From assembly GCA_949288485.1 (NCBI GenBank), contig CASEKC010000001.1, positions 71,070 to 135,069 of the forward strand: a stretch of 64,000 bases of DNA, read 5' to 3'. How positions within the stretch are numbered: the stretch's first letter is position 1; the number at the start of each line of letters is the position of its first letter. Source of the stretch: an uncultured bacterium (GTDB lineage Bacteria > Bacillota_I > Bacilli_A > RFN20 > CAG-826). The notes under the pieces were generated by a model. It made no database searches and was not told where the DNA came from. It worked only from the letters and a program-made list of their open reading frames with translations. This document shows, in pieces, positions 30,933-40,394 of the stretch. The position numbers and the translations under genes were made by a program.

Positions 30933-33505
30933 TGGCTACAAGAAAAAAAGAGAACCCACAATTTATTGAAAATATAGTATCTCAAGCTCTTGATGATTTA
31001 ATGAGTGACCGTTTTGCTGTTTATGCAAAATATGTTATTCAAGATAGAGCTATACCTGATGCTAGAGATGGTCTAAAACCAGTTCAAAGAAGAATTATTT
31101 ATTCGATGTTTACGAATAATAATACTTTTGATAAGCCTACAAGAAAATGTGCAAAAATTGTCGGTGATGTTATGGGCCGTTTTCATCCACATGGCGATTC
31201 ATCAATTTATGATGCATTAACAAGAATGTCTCAAACTTGGAAAATGAGTCAAACTTTAGTTGATTTCCAAGGAAATAATGGTTCGATTGATGGTGATCCA
31301 GCTGCCGCTTATCGTTATACTGAAGCTAGATTATCAAAATATTCAATGCTTTTAGTTAAAAATATTGAAAAAGAAACCGTTGATTTTACACTTAATTTTA
31401 GTGATGAAGAATTAGAACCTACTGTTTTACCTAGTTATATTCCAAATTTATTTATTAATGGTAGTAAAGGTATTGCTGTTGGTTTAGCTACAGAAATACC
31501 TCCTCACAATTTAGGTGAAATTTGTAATGCCGTTATCGAAAGACTTAACAATCCTGAATGTAGTCTTGATGATTTATTAGTTCATCTAAAAGGACCAGAT
31601 TTTCCTACTGGTGGAATAATTTATGATAATGGTGGGATTCGCCAAATGTATGAAACTGGACGTGGAAAATTTGAAATTGGTTCTAAAATAGATATTAAAT
31701 CATTAAGTGATTCTACTCAAATTGTTATAAGTGAAATACCATATGGCATCGAAAAACAAGAATTAGTCCATTCTATTGATGAAATTCGACGTGATAAAGA
31801 GGTTAATGGTGTAACCGACGTCAAAGATTTATCGAGTGGAGATGATATCAACATTGTTATTGATTTAAAAAAAGATATTGATCCAAAAATTGTTATTCAA
31901 TATCTTTATAAGAAAACAAATTTAAGAATTACTTACAACGCAAATATTGTCGCAATTTGTAATAATCACCCAAAAACTCTATCTTTAATTGATTATTTAG
32001 ATATTTATATCGACCATTTAATTACTGTTAATAAAAAAGCTCTTTCTTATGATTTAGCAAAAGCAAGAAAAAGATTAAATATTGTTTATGGATTAATTAA
32101 AGCTATTTCAATAATTGATGAAATTATTAATTTAATTAGAAACAGTATTAATAAAGAAGACGCTAAAGTTAAACTTATTGAAAAATATAGTTTTAACGAA
32201 GATCAAGCTGAAGCGATTTTAAATATTCGTCTTTATAAATTATCTCATACCGATGTAGAGGTTTATTTAAACGAGAAAAAGGAATTAGAAAAAACTATTT
32301 CTACAATTGCTTCTTTATTATCTTCAAAAGAAAAATTAACAAAATATATCAGTGATGATTTAAAAAATATCATCGAAAATTATAATTCAGATAGAAGAAG
32401 TGAAATTTCTGATAAAGTTGAAAATATTAGTATAAATAAACGTGATTTAATAGCTAAAGAAGATTTTTATGTTGTTGCAACAAAAGATGGCTATATTAAA
32501 AGATCATCAATAAAATCATATAAGGCTTGTGAAGGTCAACTTCCAGGGATTAAAGATGGCGATTCAATCGTTTTAGCTAAATTAATATCTTCTTTAGATT
32601 ATGTTTTAGCTTTTACAAATTTAGGAAATTATTTGTTTATTCCTGCTCATGAAATTTATGAAAATAAATGGAAAGATGAAGGAAAACATATAAATTACAT
32701 GATTAATTTGCCATTAAGCGAATATATTATTAAAACAATTATAGTTAATGATTTTAATATTAATTGCTCTATTGCTTTAATTAGCAAAAATGGACAAATT
32801 AAAAAGACAAAATTAAGCGAATTTTATGCTCAACGATACTCTAAACCAATTCAATGCATGAAACTTCTTAAAAATGATGAAATCGCTGATGTTGAAGTTT
32901 TAAGTAATAATAGTGATTGTTTAATTGTTACAGAAAGTGGCAATGCCACATTCTTTAATGAACAAGAAATCACCGCAACAGGTCTAAAAACAAGCGGTAT
33001 AAAAGCTATTTCAACTTTAAGAAATTCACAATTACGCGCATTAATTCCTTTAAAAAGAGATGTTAAAGAAAAAATTATGTTTTTAACGGATGGTGGAATG
33101 TATCGAATTTATGATACGTCTAATTTAACTTTAACTAAAAGACTTGGCGCAACTCAAATGATTTTTAAATCATTTAAAAGCGATCCACATAAACTTGTTT
33201 TCTATAAGAGAATACAAAATAAAGATGAAGATTTAAATTTATATGGAATTTATGAAAATAATTCATTATTTAATTTTAAAATTAATGATTTTCATTTAAC
33301 TCCAATAGATAAATATTGTAAGAAAAACATCGATGAAATGCCTGATAATTTAAAAATTAAGGATCTCTTCAAATTTGATACACCTAAAATTGATGAAAAT
33401 TTTAAAGTCGATATAGTTGCTATAAATGAAAATTCATCTTCAAATGAAGATGAAAATGAAGAAAAATATGAGCAAATCTCTATTTTTGACGATATGGGAG
33501 ATTAA
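30932..33505 (+). CDS. parC: DNA topoisomerase IV subunit A
   Basis: YAKYVIQDRA, DGLKPVQRR, HPHGDSS, AAYRYTEARL. Confidence 0.9.
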   Translation: MATRKKENPQFIENIVSQALDDLMSDRFAVYAKYVIQDRAIPDARDGLKPVQRRIIYSMFTNNNTFDKPTRKCAKIVGDVMGRFHPHGDSSIYDALTRMSQTWKMSQTLVDFQGNNGSIDGDPAAAYRYTEARLSKYSMLLVKNIEKETVDFTLNFSDEELEPTVLPSYIPNLFINGSKGIAVGLATEIPPHNLGEICNAVIERLNNPECSLDDLLVHLKGPDFPTGGIIYDNGGIRQMYETGRGKFEIGSKIDIKSLSDSTQIVISEIPYGIEKQELVHSIDEIRRDKEVNGVTDVKDLSSGDDINIVIDLKKDIDPKIVIQYLYKKTNLRITYNANIVAICNNHPKTLSLIDYLDIYIDHLITVNKKALSYDLAKARKRLNIVYGLIKAISIIDEIINLIRNSINKEDAKVKLIEKYSFNEDQAEAILNIRLYKLSHTDVEVYLNEKKELEKTISTIASLLSSKEKLTKYISDDLKNIIENYNSDRRSEISDKVENISINKRDLIAKEDFYVVATKDGYIKRSSIKSYKACEGQLPGIKDGDSIVLAKLISSLDYVLAFTNLGNYLFIPAHEIYENKWKDEGKHINYMINLPLSEYIIKTIIVNDFNINCSIALISKNGQIKKTKLSEFYAQRYSKPIQCMKLLKNDEIADVEVLSNNSDCLIVTESGNATFFNEQEITATGLKTSGIKAISTLRNSQLRALIPLKRDVKEKIMFLTDGGMYRIYDTSNLTLTKRLGATQMIFKSFKSDPHKLVFYKRIQNKDEDLNLYGIYENNSLFNFKINDFHLTPIDKYCKKNIDEMPDNLKIKDLFKFDTPKIDENFKVDIVAINENSSSNEDENEEKYEQISIFDDMGD

Positions 33506-33726
33506 ATATAAGCTAAAATTATATAAATTATTCCAATTATTAGAAGAAGAAGTGTTTCAAAAAAACAATAATTCATGTCGCTATCTTCCCTTTTATAAGC
33601 TAAACATAAACTAGCGATAAGAAAAGGAAGAGCTAAAATTTGCGAAAGTATCATTATAAATAAACCTATAATTTGTAAGATACGAGCTGTTAAATTTCTT
33701 GTTTTTAAACCTTTATTATCATCCAT
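33502..33726 (-). CDS. Small hypothetical membrane protein (74 aa)
   Basis: Two to three hydrophobic segments; TATAAT 7 nt upstream of the ATG at 33726. Confidence 0.6.
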   Translation of the reverse strand: MDDNKGLKTRNLTARILQIIGLFIMILSQILALPFLIASLCLAYKREDSDMNYCFFETLLLLIIGIIYIILAYI

Positions 33727-33870
33727 GTTTAATATTATACCTACTTTTTTAAATAATAGGTGACATATTTTATAAAAATTCATAATTAGTAAATAATTAG
33801 TATATTTATAGTAATAAAATAGTTAATAATTTTCTTTATTTTTCTTTGTTTCTAATCTATAATTTTATTC

Positions 33871-34410
33871 ATGAAAGCAATTATTCCGAATTTTAAAGCA
33901 AAAAGTTTATTTGAAATTGATCTTAATTTTTATAAAGAACTTGATATAAAATATCTTTTTTGTGATTTAGACAATACTTTAGATTTATATACACAAAAAA
34001 TACCTTCTGAACATGTTATAAATTTCGTAAAAGAATTAAATAAAAATAATATTAATTTGATAATTTGCAGTAATAATAATAAAAAAAGAGTCATGAAATA
34101 TGCTAAAATATTAAAGGTAGATTTTATTTATAATTCATTTAAGCCATTTACTTTTAAAACAAAAAAGTTTATTAAAAAAATGAATATAGATATATCAAAA
34201 AGTCTTTTCGTAGGCGATCAATTATTAACAGATATTAAATGTGGTAATCGTTTAGGTATGAAAACCTTATATGTTGATGAAATTGCTCATAAAAATGGGT
34301 TTTTTACAAAAATAAACAAAAAAATTGAACTTATTTATAAAAAAAGACTAGAAAATTCAATTTTCTGCAAAGATTGGAGGGATATTTATGTCAATTCTCA
34401 AGAAAGTTAA
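33871..34410 (+). CDS. yqeG: YqeG family HAD IIIA phosphatase
   Basis: DLDNTL, SNN, KP, VGDQLLTDI. Confidence 0.92.
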   Translation: MKAIIPNFKAKSLFEIDLNFYKELDIKYLFCDLDNTLDLYTQKIPSEHVINFVKELNKNNINLIICSNNNKKRVMKYAKILKVDFIYNSFKPFTFKTKKFIKKMNIDISKSLFVGDQLLTDIKCGNRLGMKTLYVDEIAHKNGFFTKINKKIELIYKKRLENSIFCKDWRDIYVNSQES

Positions 34411-35518
34411 AAGATGTTCTCATTGTGGGGCAATTTTACAAACTGAAAATCCAGAAAAAGAAGGATATATTACTTCCTTAATTTTAAAAAAATATCCTGA
34501 TGGAGTTTTGCTTTGTGATAAATGTTTTGCAGAAGAAAAAAGCGAAGATAATATAGTCGTTTTAAATGAAGAATTTAAGAGCGTTTTAAAAACAATTAAA
34601 GAGAGAAATGCTTTAGTTGTTTATGTCATAGATATTTTCTCGTTTGAGGGCGGTTTTCCTTCAGAAGCAACAAGTTTATTAAGCGATTTAGATGTTATTG
34701 TTGTTGCTAACAAACGCGATTTAATGCCGAAAGATTGCGATGATAAAGAATTAATATCTTATGTTAACCATCGTTTAAGAGTTTCTTCTTTAAAAGTTAA
34801 AGAAACAATTTTAACATCAATTAATTCTGATTATCATATTGACGAATTAAGAAAACTTATTCGTGATAACTGTAAAGGCAGAGATGTTTATTTTGTTGGT
34901 TCATCAACAAGTGGTAAATCTGCTTTAATTAGTGAAATATTGAAGAATTTCGAAAACAAAACTAATAAATTTATAGTAACTTATACATTCCCAAATACAT
35001 CTTTAAGAGGATTTCAAATTCCAATTAGCGAAAAAACTTATATTTACGAAGTACCAGGTTTTCCAATCGATAATTCATTATTGGGTGTTTTAGAAAAACC
35101 AATCGTTAATTATATTGTTCCTAAAAAAGCTGTAGAAGACAGAAAATTTAATTTAAGCGACAAAGTTTCCTTAGCAATTGGCGGATTAGCATTAATTCAA
35201 CAATTAACTGAAGAAAAAACAACTATGCATTGCTATATTTCACCAAAAATTAGTGTAAAAGCTAAAAGAGGTGATGCTTTAAAATTCTTTGAGTCTATTT
35301 TAAAAAATGGTGATCAAACAAACACATCATTTAAATTTAGAAGTTTGAATGATTTTGATGTATATGATTTTGAAATAACTGAAACTGGTGAAAGAGATAT
35401 AGGAATTTTAGGTTTAGGTTGGGTTCAATTTAAAGGAAACAATCAAAAATTCAGAGTTTTTGTACCAAAAGGAGTGTACGTTTATACAACACGTGCAAAA
35501 TTGAAAAATGTTAAATAA
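34388..35518 (+). CDS. yqeH: Circularly permuted ribosome biogenesis GTPase YqeH
   Basis: CxxCG..LQT / CxxC zinc finger, NKRD before GSSTSGKS, GLGW near C-terminus. Confidence 0.88.
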   Translation: MSILKKVKRCSHCGAILQTENPEKEGYITSLILKKYPDGVLLCDKCFAEEKSEDNIVVLNEEFKSVLKTIKERNALVVYVIDIFSFEGGFPSEATSLLSDLDVIVVANKRDLMPKDCDDKELISYVNHRLRVSSLKVKETILTSINSDYHIDELRKLIRDNCKGRDVYFVGSSTSGKSALISEILKNFENKTNKFIVTYTFPNTSLRGFQIPISEKTYIYEVPGFPIDNSLLGVLEKPIVNYIVPKKAVEDRKFNLSDKVSLAIGGLALIQQLTEEKTTMHCYISPKISVKAKRGDALKFFESILKNGDQTNTSFKFRSLNDFDVYDFEITETGERDIGILGLGWVQFKGNNQKFRVFVPKGVYVYTTRAKLKNVK

Positions 35519-35816
35519 TAAGAATAAAACATATTTAAAAAAGCTTGCTTTAGATAGAAAAATACTAAAATTTAATGTCGGAAAAGCAACATTAAACGAT
35601 AATGCTTTAAAAAACATTGATAATTATCTTGTAAAATACGAATTAGTCAAAATTTCGTTTTTAAAATCTTCATTTTCTGATGCAGAATCAAAAAATGAAT
35701 TAATTTTAGATTTAGTTTCTAATTTAAAAGCAGAAGTTGTTGAAAATATCGGTAATACCTTGCTTTTATATAGACCAAATAAAGAAGCTAAAGATCATAT
35801 TATTCTTCTTAGATAA
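35508..35816 (+). CDS. yhbY: CRM-domain RNA-binding protein YhbY
   Basis: VGK, ELVKI, IGNTLLLYR. Confidence 0.88.
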   Translation: MLNNKNKTYLKKLALDRKILKFNVGKATLNDNALKNIDNYLVKYELVKISFLKSSFSDAESKNELILDLVSNLKAEVVENIGNTLLLYRPNKEAKDHIILLR

Positions 35817-35820
35817 GAAA

Positions 35821-36423
35821 ATGGAAGTAGTTTATTTTAAAAAATATCGTTTTACATTAAAAAAGGGGAAAATAGTAGATATTGACCCTTTTTTAAATAG
35901 TTATTTATGCAAAAAGCTTAAAGAAAATCGCTATTTGCATTCTTTAAGCGTTGCAAATTTAATGTATGAAATTGCCATTAATAATAAATTAGAAAATCCT
36001 TTGAAATATTATGTATGTGGTTTACTTCATGATGTAGGAAAATACGAGCCAAGTGAAGTTGAACTTAAAATTATGAAAAAGGAGTTTAAAAACTATTTAG
36101 ACTTACCACAATATGCATACCATTCTTTTGTCGGTGCTTATTTAGTTAAAAATGATTTAGGTATCGAAGAAGATGATTTATTGGATGCAATTATGTTTCA
36201 TACAACTGGTAATAAAAAAATGAGTATTATTTCAAAAATACTTTTTTCAGCTGATAAAATTGATCCTTTAAGAAATTACGATTCTTCACATATGATTAAG
36301 ATGATGAAAGAAAACTATGAAAGTGGTTTTATTGAAGTTGTTAAAGAAACAAAAAAATTTTTAAAATTTAAAAATAATGATACTAACTATTTAAGTGAAA
36401 AGATGTATGATTTTTATCTATAG
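35821..36423 (+). CDS. yqeK: HD-domain hydrolase YqeK (Ap4A hydrolase family)
   Basis: RYLHSLSVA, LLHDVGK, HTTG, ADKIDP. Confidence 0.88.
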   Translation: MEVVYFKKYRFTLKKGKIVDIDPFLNSYLCKKLKENRYLHSLSVANLMYEIAINNKLENPLKYYVCGLLHDVGKYEPSEVELKIMKKEFKNYLDLPQYAYHSFVGAYLVKNDLGIEEDDLLDAIMFHTTGNKKMSIISKILFSADKIDPLRNYDSSHMIKMMKENYESGFIEVVKETKKFLKFKNNDTNYLSEKMYDFYL

Positions 36424-36463
36424 TTTACTATTTTTTTATTGAATTTATTTTTGATTATAATTA

Positions 36464-36491
36464 ACTTCGTATAATACCTATTATGTAAAAT
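36464..36491 (+). other. dif site (Xer chromosome dimer resolution site)
   Basis: ACTTCGTATAA-TACCTA-TTATGTAAAAT matches the 11-6-11 dif architecture (B. subtilis ACTTCCTAGAA-TATATA-TTATGTAAACT); intergenic, at the switch of gene orientation. Confidence 0.9.
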
Positions 36492-36617
36492 AAAAATCTA
36501 AAAAAAGCGATAAATATCGAATATTTTATACTTTAAAAACAATTATATATAATTTTATTAATAATATATGGTATGTAGTTTTCCACAGTTTTAAACATAA
36601 AATCTACTAGATATCTA

Positions 36618-37148
36618 CTAACAAATATAATTGTTTTTCTTATAATTTCTATTTAATTCAAACTTTTTATTAGCTAATCTTAAATAATATAATTGTATTC
36701 TTTCAACTTGATCTATATTTAAATATCCATAACCTCTAGAAAGTATTTTATTATCTTTAATATTAACCAATTTCTTATTGATCATTTTTATTCCTTCTAA
36801 GCGAGCATAAAATATATTATTTCTACTAATTAATGGCAAAATCCCTATTTCAAGGAATTTTTTACAATCAACTTTAGTGTTCATCTTATTAAATGTTTCT
36901 AAAGGGCAAATAAAAACTGTATTATCGTTATTCATGCTATCTTCTAAAGATAAAGCTAATTTAAATATAGGATTATTATTGTTATCAAATCTTGATACAT
37001 ATTGAAATATTTGGCCCTTGTAAATTGGAAAATTATTTGTTGGTAATGGTGATCTATAACCATTGTTTAGTGAATCTTCGAGATCTTTATTAACGTTTTT
37101 AGCATATAAAGTCCGTCTTGATAAATGATAAGTATTAATGAAATCCAT
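36618..37148 (-). CDS. Hypothetical protein, probable divergent PemK/MazF-like fold
   Basis: GGAGG RBS before the ATG at 37148; segments KGQIF, LALSLEDSMNN, TVFICPL, ARLEGIKMINKK and LNIDQVERI line up by eye with MazF secondary-structure motifs. Confidence 0.55.
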   Translation of the reverse strand: MDFINTYHLSRRTLYAKNVNKDLEDSLNNGYRSPLPTNNFPIYKGQIFQYVSRFDNNNNPIFKLALSLEDSMNNDNTVFICPLETFNKMNTKVDCKKFLEIGILPLISRNNIFYARLEGIKMINKKLVNIKDNKILSRGYGYLNIDQVERIQLYYLRLANKKFELNRNYKKNNYIC

Positions 37149-37198
37149 ATTTCTACCTCCTAATAGCATATAAAATGTTAATTTATTAAGCTTTTCAC

Positions 37199-37232
37199 TA
37201 TACAAGAATGCTAGAATTTTAAAATTTATGCA
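37199..37232 (-). promoter_or_regulatory. Shared bipartite motif, copy B
   Basis: Minus strand TGCATA-N16-CATTCTTGTATA, about 50 nt upstream of the 37148 start. Confidence 0.7.
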
Positions 37233-37273
37233 TATTTTTTTAAAAATTTTTAAGAGAGCTACTGCTAAAAATG

Positions 37274-37303
37274 AAAAAAAGCCGATTTTTATCGACTTTT
37301 TTT
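37274..37303. terminator. Terminator after the ABC permease gene
   Basis: AAAAAAAGCCGAT-TTTT-ATCGACTTTTTTT inverted repeat. Confidence 0.65.
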
Positions 37304-37325
37304 AATATTTATTTTTTAAATTTTT

Positions 37326-38078
37326 TTATGTAATTTTCTTTTTTAATATAGATAAAATAAAATCAATAATAACAAAAATAATTATAATAATAATTATTAT
37401 TGCAAACATCATTGGATAATCAGCATTTTGATTTGCAACATAAATTAGTCTTCCAATTCCCCAAATACTACTTCTTCCAACAATTATTTCACTCATAACG
37501 GATATTTTAATTCCCATTCCTATTGAGTTAATTATTGCAACGTTTAAATACGGAAAAGTTAAAGGTAATATTACTTTAAAAATAGAATTTGGACGATAAA
37601 ATCCTTCTAAACGAAGACTATTTTTAATATTTTCATCAATATTTATTACTCCTCCAACAATTGCTTCATAAATGAGAGGAAAAATAACAATATATGATAT
37701 TAATACTGAAAAAATATTTGGTGAAAATATCGAAGAAATTATAAAAATAAAGCAAGGAACCGGTATAAAACGCATTAAATTTAAAAATGGTTTTAAAAAT
37801 TTTCTTGATTTAATAAATAAACCTGAAAGTAAGCCAAATATAATTCCTAAAATTATCGAAATTATTATTGCTACAATTGTTCTTAAAAATGTTAAACCAA
37901 AAGCTTCATAAGTGCTTTCTAAAGTTAATAAATTTAATAACGCATTAAAAGTTTGATCAATTGTTGGTAAATAAATTTTATCAAATAAAGATGAAGAGAT
38001 TAACCAAATTAAAAGAATAGTTAAGATACCTAACCATTCAAAGAGGATATTCCAACTATTCTTATATTTCTCTTTCAT
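37326..38078 (-). CDS. ABC transporter permease (NitT/TauT/SsuC-like)
   Basis: About 6 TM helices, EAA-like loop followed by FKVILP..FPY, SEII....GIG. Confidence 0.85.
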   Translation of the reverse strand: MKEKYKNSWNILFEWLGILTILLIWLISSSLFDKIYLPTIDQTFNALLNLLTLESTYEAFGLTFLRTIVAIIISIILGIIFGLLSGLFIKSRKFLKPFLNLMRFIPVPCFIFIISSIFSPNIFSVLISYIVIFPLIYEAIVGGVINIDENIKNSLRLEGFYRPNSIFKVILPLTFPYLNVAIINSIGMGIKISVMSEIIVGRSSIWGIGRLIYVANQNADYPMMFAIIIIIIIIFVIIDFILSILKKKIT

Positions 38079-38093
38079 TATTCTATTTTACTA

Positions 38094-39077
38094 TTAATTT
38101 TGATTAACAATAGATAAAAATTGATTGATTACTGTTTCATCCATTTCTTCATTAATTGATGTTGGAACAACTCCAAATCCGTTTCGACCATCTTTTTGAA
38201 CATTTCTAATTAATGTTGAATTGAAACCAAATAAAGATGTTTGTTCATTTTGATCAGAAATTTTTTCTTCAATTGCTGAAGCAACATTTTCTGGATTATT
38301 AATAACATCATTAACCGCGTTATTAATTCTTTCCAAAATTTTATCAACTACTTCTTCGTTTTCTTTTTCAAATTCTTTTCTAACGAATAAAGCAGCTTGA
38401 GGAACATAATCAAATGTATAAACATCACTATTTTTTTCTTTAAAGGCTTTTTGTAAATTTATATCTAAAATTTTAGTAGTATCAATACCATTTTGAGACC
38501 ATCTAGCCATTAAATTTGTTAATTGAGGTTCACTAATTACTGTCCAATCAATTGTTTCGCCTTCAATTGTAAAATTAGATTCTAATTTTAAAAGTTCGGT
38601 TTGCAAATTTCCAACAGCATCAAAATAATTTTCTTCCTTAATAATATCCCCATAAATATTATTAAACATTTTATTAGCTGTTCCTGTTTTTTGGAAAGAA
38701 TAGATATTATCTCCTTCAACAGGTATAGTTCCAGTTTCTTTATTAAAACCTAAAAGATGAAAATTTCCACCTGTAAGCATTAACTTAAATTCATATAATG
38801 GATTTTCTTGTTTCTTTAATATATTTGCTACTTGTGTTGAATCAAATACTAAAAAATCATAATTTTCATTGGAAAATTCTGGTGGAATAGTTGTTGGTGT
38901 TGTAGTTGTTTCAACATTTTCTTCAATTAAAATTTCCATATAAAGAGGTAATGCTGGAGCACCAACCGGCATTAATAATTTATAATCGAGTTTTTCGTTA
39001 TAAATGTTTGTAGAAGCGTGGCAACTTGTTAAAGTTGAAATAATAAGCACGCTAAAAAATAAAATACTTTTTTTCAT
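38094..39077 (-). CDS. Substrate-binding lipoprotein (NitT/TauT-type)
   Basis: Lipobox LTSC, PVGAPAL, ISEPQ, VPQA; adjacent to the permease. Confidence 0.75.
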   Translation of the reverse strand: MKKSILFFSVLIISTLTSCHASTNIYNEKLDYKLLMPVGAPALPLYMEILIEENVETTTTPTTIPPEFSNENYDFLVFDSTQVANILKKQENPLYEFKLMLTGGNFHLLGFNKETGTIPVEGDNIYSFQKTGTANKMFNNIYGDIIKEENYFDAVGNLQTELLKLESNFTIEGETIDWTVISEPQLTNLMARWSQNGIDTTKILDINLQKAFKEKNSDVYTFDYVPQAALFVRKEFEKENEEVVDKILERINNAVNDVINNPENVASAIEEKISDQNEQTSLFGFNSTLIRNVQKDGRNGFGVVPTSINEEMDETVINQFLSIVNQN

Positions 39078-39091
39078 TTTTTACCTTCTTT

Positions 39092-40309
39092 CTATTTAAA
39101 TAATTCTTCGATTGTTTCACCAATCATCGAATCATCTTTTTTAAGATTAAAATTAGTTAAAATTGTATCACCAATATCAGCGAAAGAATTTCTATCATTT
39201 AGCATTCTTCCATCGCTAAAACCTTTTGAATAGCATAATAAAGGTACTTGTTCTCTTGTATGATCAGTCCCTTTCCATGTTGGATCGTTACCATGATCTG
39301 CAGTAATCATTAATAAATCATCTTCATTTAAATAAGCGATTAATTCTTTTAATTGTTCATCAAAAGTTTCAATGGCTTTTCCATAACCAATTGGATTTCT
39401 TCTATGGCCATATTCACTATCAAATTCGACTAAATTTACAAAACAGAAACCTTCATCAAATTCTTTAGATTTAACAATATCCATAGTTTTATTCATTCCA
39501 TCGACATTTGAAGAAATATGAACAGTTGAAGTTACACCAACACCATTGAAAATATCATTAATTTTTCCAACACAATTAACTTGATATCCATTATCTTTTA
39601 AGATATTCATTGCAGTAATTCCACTAGGAGAAACTGCGTAATCATGTCTATTTGATGTTCTTTTAAATGTATCTTTAGTTTTTCCAACAAATGGTCTTGC
39701 AATAATTCTTCCTACAAACCATTCATCTTTCATACATAATTTACGAGCGATTTCACATACTCTATAAAGTTCTTTTAATCCAACAGTTTCTTCATTTGCA
39801 CAAATTTGAAGAACACTATCACTTGATGTGTAAATAATTAATGAATTATTTTTAATAGATTCTTCACCTAAATCTTTTAAAATTTCAGTTCCGCTAGCTG
39901 CATAATTACCAATGAATTTATAGCCAGTTTCTTTTTCAAGTTCATCGATTAATTCTTTTGGAAAACCTGTTTCAGTAAATGTTTGAAATGGTTTTTTTGT
40001 TAAAATACCCATCATTTCCCAATGGCCAGTCATAGTATCTTTGCCATTGCTTGCTTCATTTAAACGTAATGAAAAGGAGTTTGGGTGAGAAACTTTTTCA
40101 CAACCTTTAATTTCATCTAAATCTCTAATTCCAAAAGAATTTAAGGTAGGAATATTTAATCCACTTTCAAAACTTTCACTAATATGTTTAAAAGTGTTTG
40201 ATCCAAAATCATTAACTTCTTTATTTTGGTAAAAATTCGCAGCATCTTTACCATTACCGATACCTAAACTATCGAGTACAATACAAATAATTCTTTTAAA
40301 TTTTTTCAT
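39092..40309 (-). CDS. deoB: Phosphopentomutase
   Basis: VLDSLGIG, GKDTMTGHWE, GRIIARPF, YGHRR, TADHGNDP. Confidence 0.97.
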   Translation of the reverse strand: MKKFKRIICIVLDSLGIGNGKDAANFYQNKEVNDFGSNTFKHISESFESGLNIPTLNSFGIRDLDEIKGCEKVSHPNSFSLRLNEASNGKDTMTGHWEMMGILTKKPFQTFTETGFPKELIDELEKETGYKFIGNYAASGTEILKDLGEESIKNNSLIIYTSSDSVLQICANEETVGLKELYRVCEIARKLCMKDEWFVGRIIARPFVGKTKDTFKRTSNRHDYAVSPSGITAMNILKDNGYQVNCVGKINDIFNGVGVTSTVHISSNVDGMNKTMDIVKSKEFDEGFCFVNLVEFDSEYGHRRNPIGYGKAIETFDEQLKELIAYLNEDDLLMITADHGNDPTWKGTDHTREQVPLLCYSKGFSDGRMLNDRNSFADIGDTILTNFNLKKDDSMIGETIEELFK

Positions 40310-40394
40310 AAATTTTACCTTATTAAAAATACCTTAATTATTATACCAATATTTAAAGTATAAATATAATAATTTACATAATTCGTTGCATAAT

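Noticed and set aside
36579..36587. DnaA-box-like TTTTCCACA near the strand switch
   Set aside because: Single copy; genes converge here and a dif site is present, so this is the terminus rather than oriC.
40371..40381. XerD-arm-like TTATGTAAATT (minus strand) just after xerD
   Set aside because: No partner arm at the 6-bp spacing; an AT-rich 11-mer is expected by chance in this genome.
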